Shown: piece after piece, positions 49,701 to 58,700 of the stretch
Layout of the letters: each line of letters starts with the position of its first letter
Position numbering within the stretch: position 1 is the stretch's first letter
Source of the DNA: Minisyncoccota bacterium
GTDB lineage: Bacteria; Patescibacteriota; Minisyncoccia; Phycocordibacterales; UBA2100
Reading direction: 5' to 3'
Length of the DNA: 64,000 nt
Assembly: GCA_022842645.1 (NCBI GenBank)
Contig: JALHPE010000001.1
Span: 135,711-199,710 of the forward strand
Notes under the pieces: generated by a model
The model's database searches: none
Told to the model about the DNA's origin: nothing
What the model saw: the letters and a program-made list of their open reading frames with translations, nothing else
Position numbers and translations under genes: made by a program

Positions 49701-52700
49701 AATGGTGAGATTCCCGCCAATTGTGAGAGGCTGACTGCCGAGACTCGTGGTGCCATGCTGAATGGAGAGCGTGTTATCAACATCCAAAGGCGAACCGAAT
49801 GTCCACGTTGCATTTCCGGAAGTTTGTCCAAAGGTTGCGTTGTGGAAAGCGCTTGTTGAGGCGCTGGTAGAGTCGATCGTTGCGCTCGAAGAGGTCGCGG
49901 TGAAAACGACGGTGGAGGTGTTCTTGGTAAAGACACCATTATTGTCCCAATTACCACTCACGAAGAATGAGTTGCCATCTGCCGTAATCGCACCGTTAAT
50001 TTCTATATGACGCGTCGTCACATTGCCGCTGGAGGAGGAGTCCGGCTGATAGGTGGTACCACTTCTCACCAACAGTTCTACATCTGAACACCCAGACACT
50101 ACACACGCACTAAGGTCGTTGCCTGCATCTACTTCAAAGAAAATGTCTTCGTCCGCGGAAACTGAGTTGTCGTACTGCCCGATCTGTGCGTTTGAGAGGG
50201 TTTGATTATCAGAAGAGCCAAGCGTCACGTGTCGCTCGTAGAGATTCATGTTGGTAATGTCTCCAATGCCGTCGTAGCGAGTGATCGCAACCGCCTCCCC
50301 ACTATCCGCTGCGCCATCAATAAATACGGTGATAGTGTCCCCAGTGAAAAAGGTAACGTTCGGTATTGTCCATGTTCCACCAGAAATAGTTCCTGTCTTC
50401 CCGCTCTGAAGAATCCCGTTTACCGCAACATGCACCGTGCCACTGGTGAGATTCGTGCTTTGGTCGTACGCCTGCGCCGTTCCTGAAATATTGAGTCCTT
50501 CAGACCATGTGAGTGTCCAGTCATTGAGTTGCGGACAATTTCCGGCAACACAGGAGAGCGCCGCGCGCATGCGGATGGTGTTGTAGGTAATGCGATTGAT
50601 GTTTGAGATATCAACGGGAGATGTTGTTGTGCCCACCGAGTTTCCTGGGAAATCAGTGTCCGGAATGATTGCCCACGAACTTGTGGAGGTGAGGTAATCA
50701 AGAAAGACACGCACGGTGCTTGCGCCCGGCGTCGTTCTTGAGAGTGTGATCGCACCCCACTTAGGGCCGGTACCATCACTAAAGGCAATAGCACTTGTCT
50801 CGATGCTGCCTGAGGTAACTGCTGGGTAGCGTCGAGCAACAATGTCGAGCGGGATGGTAGCTGGTGTCACGGTCGTAATCGACGTCGTTTCAAGCACTTG
50901 CTCCGCCGACCACGCCGAACCATTCCAAAAACTAAAGTCATACTCAGTGTTTGCATCGTCGTAGGCAAACGCAAGAATATTGCCATCGCCGGTGCGCGCC
51001 GTGCGCACTTCGGTCGCATCTGAAATCGTAGTGAGAAGAGAGGCGCTGGAAAGTATCGAGCCATTCCAAAACACATATTCCGCCTGAATGGTATCTGAGT
51101 ACGGCATCATGATGTAGCTATCCCGCCCCGCCGTTGTTTCGTACTCGCACGAAATCGGACGCCCGGTTGCACTATTTCCCGTAAGCTCAAACTCGCTTAT
51201 TGCGCCCCACGCAGAGCCGGTCCACTCTGCGTACCCGATGTCCGCATCAATATCGACATAGCAGAGCGTGAGCTTGTCGCTTCCCGAGTCGCGCGCAAGG
51301 CGTCCGGCGGAAAAGTCGTTCCCTGTTGCCACCGTTGAAGTAGCCGCCCAGGACGAACCGTTCCATGCACTCCAGACGAAGTTGTTATTGGCACCATTCG
51401 AGACAACGGCAAGTGCCTGGTTACCACTCTCTTCATATTCGAGTGCGATACCTTCGTTGTTCACTCCCACCTGCGAACCAAAGACAAGCGAATTTCCCCA
51501 CGATGAACCGCTCCAGACCAACGCTTCGTAATCGGAGGCTCCTGTTGTCGCATCGCGCGCAAGCAGAATGATTTCATCGCTCGCGGGATCCGAAGCAAGC
51601 TTTATCCATTCGCAATTTGCAGAGACTGAAAGTGAGATAGAGCTCGTCGCGCTCCACGAGGTGCCGTTCCACACGCTATAGACTGCCTCGGTTCCACTGC
51701 ATGCAACTGCAAGAAGGTCTCCGGATTGTGTCTCGTAGGCAACATCGAATCCGCGCTGTGTGAGATCCGGCACCACGTTCACAAGGCGGGCCTTGTTCCC
51801 TCCCGTGTCGGTCGTACCATCAACCACCTGTGCATCGATTGCGCCCGTTGCTCCCTGTGTACCAATCGCATATTCATCGCGGGTGGGTGCCGCCGCCGCC
51901 TCGGCAAAACGAATCACATCTCCAACCGACGCCGCACTCAATTCACTTCCCCATGACGAGCCGTTCCAAAGCCTAAAGCGCGGCACCTGCACCGTACCCT
52001 CGGCATAGACAGCAAACGCCTCTCTAATCGTAGAAGTAATCTGCGCGCTCCCACCATTCGTCTCAATATCCGAAAGACGGTTGGTATCAAATTGCTCGTC
52101 GGTAGTCTCAAACCAGGTGGATACAATGACTGACGTGTCGACAGTGAAGCTCCGCAACGGCGACCACACAGAAGAGACATTCGCACCGAGTGGATCCCTC
52201 GCACGAACACGCCACCAATAGGTTTGCCCATTAGTAAGTGCATCAGCGCCCTGGAGGGTGAAGCGTACGGTGTTGTTACTCACAAATGGCGAGGTGTCGG
52301 TGGAAGATGCTGTGTTCACAAATCCAGCATGGGACGCAGAATTACGCGTGGTTGATGCCGAAAAATCAGGCGTTGTAGAAATTGATAGCTCGTAAATAAG
52401 ATCGTCGTTTTGTGGGTCACTCGAGCGGAACGTGAAGGATGGTGTCACCGTCGCAGTTTTCTCATTATCAAAGAGTGAGAATAGCGTGGGCTGCTCAACG
52501 GCAAAGCCCCATCGAATCGTCCAGTCCTGGAGGCGTGGTGTCCCACCAATATTTGTAAACACGCCACGCACGCGTATTTCGTTATACGTAGACGGGCTAA
52601 CACTGAGGAGCGAGACGGGCGACGTGTCAAATCCTGCGGCATTTCCAGAGAGGTCGGCCTCTGGAATGAGCACCCAATCGGTGCCATTGTAATATTCGAT

Positions 52701-55700
52701 GCTGTATTTGATGTCGCCGGCCGTCTCATTGTCAGTCCATGCGAGCTCCCCCCATGCGTTTCCACTCGTTTTCGAATCGTAATCAATGAGAGGCCCGGTC
52801 GTTGTACCGTTTGTTAAAGGCGGCGTGAGCACGACATCCCCTGTCGTTGTCGCCTCGGTGTCATCGAGCGTATTATTAGCAAACTGGAAGAGAGTCGTCT
52901 CTCGCCACGTCGAAATCGTGACACTCGTATCGATAGTAACGCTCGAAATTGACGACCAACTACTCCACTCGTTTGATCTGTTACGATCCTTTGCGCGCAC
53001 GCGCCAATAATAGGTGGTGCCGTTCACGAGCGCAGTTGGCGGCGTAAAGCGCACCGATTGCGCAGGAATAAACGGATCCTTATCCGATGGCGTCACAAGA
53101 TTACTAAAATCATCAAAGTTCGTTTGTGAATCGCGGTCAATGTTCGGAGAACCAAACGCGAAATCATCATCAATCTGGATTTGATACGTGACGTCATCAG
53201 ACTCCGCATCTTCCGCAACAAACTGAAACCACGGAGACGTCGACGCGACCGCCTCGTTATCAAACGGTGCTTCTGCAGTTGGCGCTCCCGGCGCGCTATT
53301 AGTGGTAAGTGCGGCGTAGCGATCATACTCGTTGATCGCTTCCCCACCGTTGGTGACGACACGGAAACAATACGAGGTGTTGTTGGGCGCGTTGTGCTGC
53401 AAGACCCAATCCCATTCGCCTTCGTTTCCGACTGAAACAGCGTTGGGGTTTGATGCACTATCGTTTGATTCTTCATACGTCTCAGCGGTGTCTGAGGTTG
53501 AAAGGAGCACAGAAGGAATTGTGGCGCCGTCAGAAAGAGATCCATTATCAAAGCCGCGCCATGCGGCAGTTGTTGAACCCACGCCCCCCACATCAAACCA
53601 CGAGAGCGAAGCACTACATGTCGCGCCCGCGGCATATTGCAAACGAAGCGCGAGATCCCCCGAACTTAAAGACACATTCTCCACCAGAAGTCCGAGGCGC
53701 AAGCGAAGCACGTCACTCGGACTCGGCGCAAACGACGTTGTGAGCGCAGTGTCCTCAACCACATCGTTCCCCCCGCTCGGCCACGGATCAGTTGGCGTAA
53801 GCGATGATGTATTTACATACCATCGGTAATGAATCTGTGTCAGGTACGACTGCCGCTCCCAAGAAACAGTCCACTCATCAAGCGTGGGCGTGTTCTGGTT
53901 CGACGAAGAGAGCGTCGCGCGCAAACAAATGCGATTGTATGTGGATGTCGATATGCTCGAGAGATTGATCGGGCTCGCTACAACATCGAATCCAGTGCTA
54001 TTGCCCGGAATCACCCCGTCGGGAATGAGTGTTGAACACGAGCCCCCCGATTCAAAGAGAACCTGCATCTTTACATCAGTGCCACTCGGCTCTGTAGTGC
54101 GCCAGATCACCTCACCCCAACTCGGTCGCCCGGGCACCGTGTCGAAATCAATCACCGTTCCCGTCATCGTGCCTAAGCCAGAGCGAAATACTTTCTGCGT
54201 CATATCATACGGCTGCAGAAACGGGGCCACCGTCACAGAGGGCGACGTGTCGAACGTTTCGCGAGTTGACCATGAAGAGCCATTCCAGGATGAGACATCG
54301 TAGCGACCGCTCGCATCATCATGGAAGAATGAAAGGATAACGCCATTTTCGGCGCGCACGGTCGTGATACTCCACGAGTCTTCCGCAGTGCTGATACTCG
54401 CCTCAGCGGAATAGCTCGTGCCATCCCAGACTTGGTAGCGCGCATTCGTCGTATCTGCGTACGGAATCATAATGTAGCCATCGCGTCCTGCAGTTGTCTC
54501 AAATGCACAATCAACGGCGCGCCCCGATTTTGTGTTGCCTCCTGTTTCGCGTTCGCTAAATGCTGACCATGCATTTCCATCCCATCGCACCACACCAATA
54601 TCGTTGTCATTGTCCATATAGCAGAGCGCCATCGCGTCCGTTCCCTCATCGGCACGAAGGCGCCCCCATTCGAAGTCATCTCCCAAGGCTTGAGTCGTAT
54701 TAATACTCCATTCAGTACCGTTCCAGCTCGTCCATGCAAAGTTGTTACTCAATCCGTTCGACACGGTCACAAGTGCCTGGTCCCCTGAGTCTTCATATTC
54801 AAGACCAATACCTTCATGAGGAGTCTCTAACATGGAGCCGATGGTTTTCGCATTACCCCACGCGCTCCCATTCCACACCTGCGCCTCGTACTGCACGCCC
54901 GTGTCACGTGCCACAAGAATGATTTCATCACTCGTTGGGTCGGACGCGAGTTTTATATATTCACAATTGTTCGCGCTTCCGAGATTAATAGTGCCGCCAG
55001 AAGTCCATGACGTTCCATTCCATGTGTGATACGCAGGGTCAGCATCTCCATCGCAATACACAACAATCGCATCTCCCGATTGCGTTTCGTACGCAATGTC
55101 AAAGCCGCGAAGACTCGTACTCGCGACAGACGTTGTCACTTCTTGAAGATTGCCCCAGGTATCGGTTGATCCATTAAAGACCTGCACGTTCACATCAGCC
55201 GAGCCGTCTTGTGTACCAAGCACATACTCGTCGCGTGTCGGCGCTCCTTTAGTCACAATCCACTGCACGGTGCCGCCAACATTTTGCGCGGAAGCTTCCG
55301 CGCTCCACACTGTGCCGTCCCAGAAACGATACCGAGGAGTCTGAACCACTCCTTCTCCATACGCCGCAAGTACCTCACTGGGTGCTGCAAGCGAGAGGCG
55401 CGCACTGTCACCGCCATACGTCTCAATGCTACTGAGTGTGTTCGTATCAAATTGTGCATCTTTGGTCTGAAACCACTGCGAGGGCGACGTGTTCGGGACG
55501 TAGGTGAAGCTCGAGGTTGTTGCCCATGCACCCCAAGTCACGCTTTCGCTTTCACGCGCACGGACCCGCCAGTAGTAGGTGGTGCCGGCAGTCAGAGAAC
55601 TTTGTATCGAAAAGCGAATGCGCTCAGCTTCGGTAAAAGGCGAAGTGTCCGCGGGTGTCGTGCGATTTTCAAAACAATTTGGCGAACACCCAGTCTCATT

Positions 55701-58700
55701 ATCTGACGAACGATTCCCCAGAGGCGAGGTCTCGAGATCAGCATCGTCGTCCCACTGAATCTGATAAATCAAGGCATCGGTGCCATCCGGATCATTGGTG
55801 GTGAATTCAAAATACGGTGTTGAACTCCCCGTTTTTTCATTATCAAACAGAATATCGTGAAGTGTCGGGCCTGGAGGCGTTGCGCCGCCAGCACGCTTTG
55901 CAAATACGGCAGTGCGAAACGGCGGTTGATGATCAGTCGTTGAAAACGCCGTCACATTGACACTATGCGTGTGCGCACCTGTTGAATTTGAGGTTCCTGT
56001 TGTTGTGCGGCTCACCGTGGCGCTCGACGTGCCCGAAATGATTCCTATCATATCCGTATGTGTGTGCGTGGCAGAACCTCCCGTTCCACCAAAGGTAGTC
56101 GAGGCTTTGAGGAATCTGTTTGCAAACTGTTCCGATGTGCTTGAAACAGTACCCCACCCCACCGATGGGTCTCCCGACCACATTGCGATCATGCCATTGC
56201 GAGGTGATGATGTTGCATTCAATTTGCCGAGGATAACTTCGATAAACGGTGGCTCGTTCGAAACCGCTCCCGTGCTACTACTCACGGGGTGAGTATGAGT
56301 TGGTGTGGCAACTGTTGCGCCCGCACCCGAAGCGTTCGTGCCTCCCACAGCCGCCGTTGTGTTTCCCGTTATGGTGTGCGTGTGTGTCGCGGATCCTCCG
56401 GTTGAACCAATAGTTGATGTTGCTTCAGAACGAATGTAATTGCCATCTTGCGCACCATAGCGTGTCCAACCAGAAGGAACCGCCGCATCAAATATTGCAA
56501 TCGCACCCGCAGGAATTTGCGACGGCTCGCCCGTAGAGTTGTGTTGAATAATCGAAAGGTGCCGATAGGGCGGGAGATTGGATGGGCTATTAATGACCGG
56601 TGTATAGGTGTGCGTGTGCGTATTGAGCCCGGCATCGGCACCACCACCACCAGTATCCGCAACACCAGTCGCACCTGTCGCCGCGACCACTCCCGCTGCG
56701 CTATGTGTGTGCGTTGCCGCGCCACCATTGACACCCGGCGTCGACGAGCCCATAACAAAACGCTGATAGAATGGATCCGACGGTAAACATGATACACACG
56801 TCCACCCTGTAGGGATGAAGGTACTATCCCAATAGAGAAGCATGTTTCCTACTGCGTCTGAAGCAATCTTCCACGAACGACCCTCATTAAATGGCATGCC
56901 TGTATCCGCACGAATCTCTGCAGGTCCGAGAAGGTAGAGATACGGTGAGATATCTGGCGCGTCATACACGTATCGGAATCGTGCACTCTCGCCCGCCTTG
57001 AGAGAAAGAGGCCATACTAGATTTTTTGAATCGCCATACATGCGTACCTCCGCGTCAGTTTCAACCAAGAACGATTCCGGGATAGATTCAATGAACTCAC
57101 CATTAAAGTCCGCTGCTGCAGTAACTTCAATCTCCATCGCATACTCAGCAACTGGATAAATACGCATAGCCCCCGTTCGGCGAATCGTAAACGGTGCAGA
57201 CGAAACAACTGAGAACGAATCGTTGAGACGGTGTGCGAGTGCACCATCTTCGTCGTAGTAAGAAAGTTCGATGCCATACACACCTTCCTCATCGGGAATG
57301 TAGAGACCAGAATAATCCGCAACCTCGACTACGTTATTGAATCCACACTCTGGAGAGAAGGCGATGTCGACATCATGCACTTCCCCGCGCGGCGTTGTGA
57401 TGGAGAGCTCAAGATCAGCATCACAGACCGTGTTACCAATCTCATCGAGAACGGCCATCATAAGGTTCGCTTCTTCGCCTGGCATGTACGAAGATTGATC
57501 CGTGTTCAGAGCAAGAATACCCCAGAAGAATTCCACGGTGTCACCAAACGTGCGCCCCCCTTCCTCTATCTGAATGTCGAGCGTATAGCGCCCAGCTTTA
57601 AACTCACGCGGAAGCGCAGTGAAATCCAGGCGCCACTCCCCATCCTTCCCCAGTACCGCCTGCATTGGGAGATCTATGCGTTCTCCACTTTCATGTACAA
57701 GCTTTGCTGCACGCACCGTGAATGAGCTGTCGCGCCCAAGCACGCGATCCAAGAATCGCAGCGGCGCGGAGCGTTGCGTATTGTATTTAAAATCAAATGT
57801 CGGAAGCTCGTCGGCTTCAAATTCTGTTTTGGAAAGATGTTCATTGAGCGCTTGCTCCACGCGCTCTGCACGCTCAGCCTGCGCACGGAGTCTGCGCTCA
57901 CTGCCAAGACCAGTCGTATCAAGATCGCCACTGGCACTTCCCTCGGCGAGGATAACCGGACGCGCACCCGCGCGGTCGATCGTGAATCGGAAGAAAAGTG
58001 TTTGCCCGGGAAGAATGGTGAGATTTTTGCGCGTATCAGCAAGAACGGCATATCCAGGTGGTAGCTCACGCGCCGACGCGCGTCGTTCGTTGAGCGTTTC
58101 GAGCGCGACCCACCCACTGTAATACCGCACATCCTGGTGCACACCCACTGCCTCGTCGGAAACTAGACAATTTTCGCGCGTGCTGTTGAGCCACGAGCAC
58201 ACATGCTCCTCCTCAGTTGCGACACATCGATAGCGATCCCCACGCACACGATCCCATCCTGTCTCGCAGAAATAGGTCACATCCTCTTCAATCACAACTT
58301 CCGTCGTGCTTGCAATATTGCGCACAAACTGCTCCACGCGCACAGCGCCATCAGGAAGTGCAAGAGAGAGCGCAAAGTCTTCTTCTGTCTCGCCCGTGTT
58401 TGTGATACTGGCATGCACCACCGTCTCTGACCCACCACGCCGTGTTGCATACGACGCACGATCGGCGCGCATGAAAAGCGCATCATCGAGGTCATCCGTA
58501 TAGGCAAACGTAATCTGCGAACCATCCGGAAGCGAAAGTGCACGCTCGCGCGCACTCGCGAGGGTGAACGAAACATTCTCAGGCACCGTCGGATCACCCA
58601 CCTCACCCCGAAGCACATCCTGTGCGCGCTCGCGATACGTCGTGTCGAGCCAGAGACCATCAAGATATATCTCCGCAGGAATTCGCGTGTCCCCGCGCAC

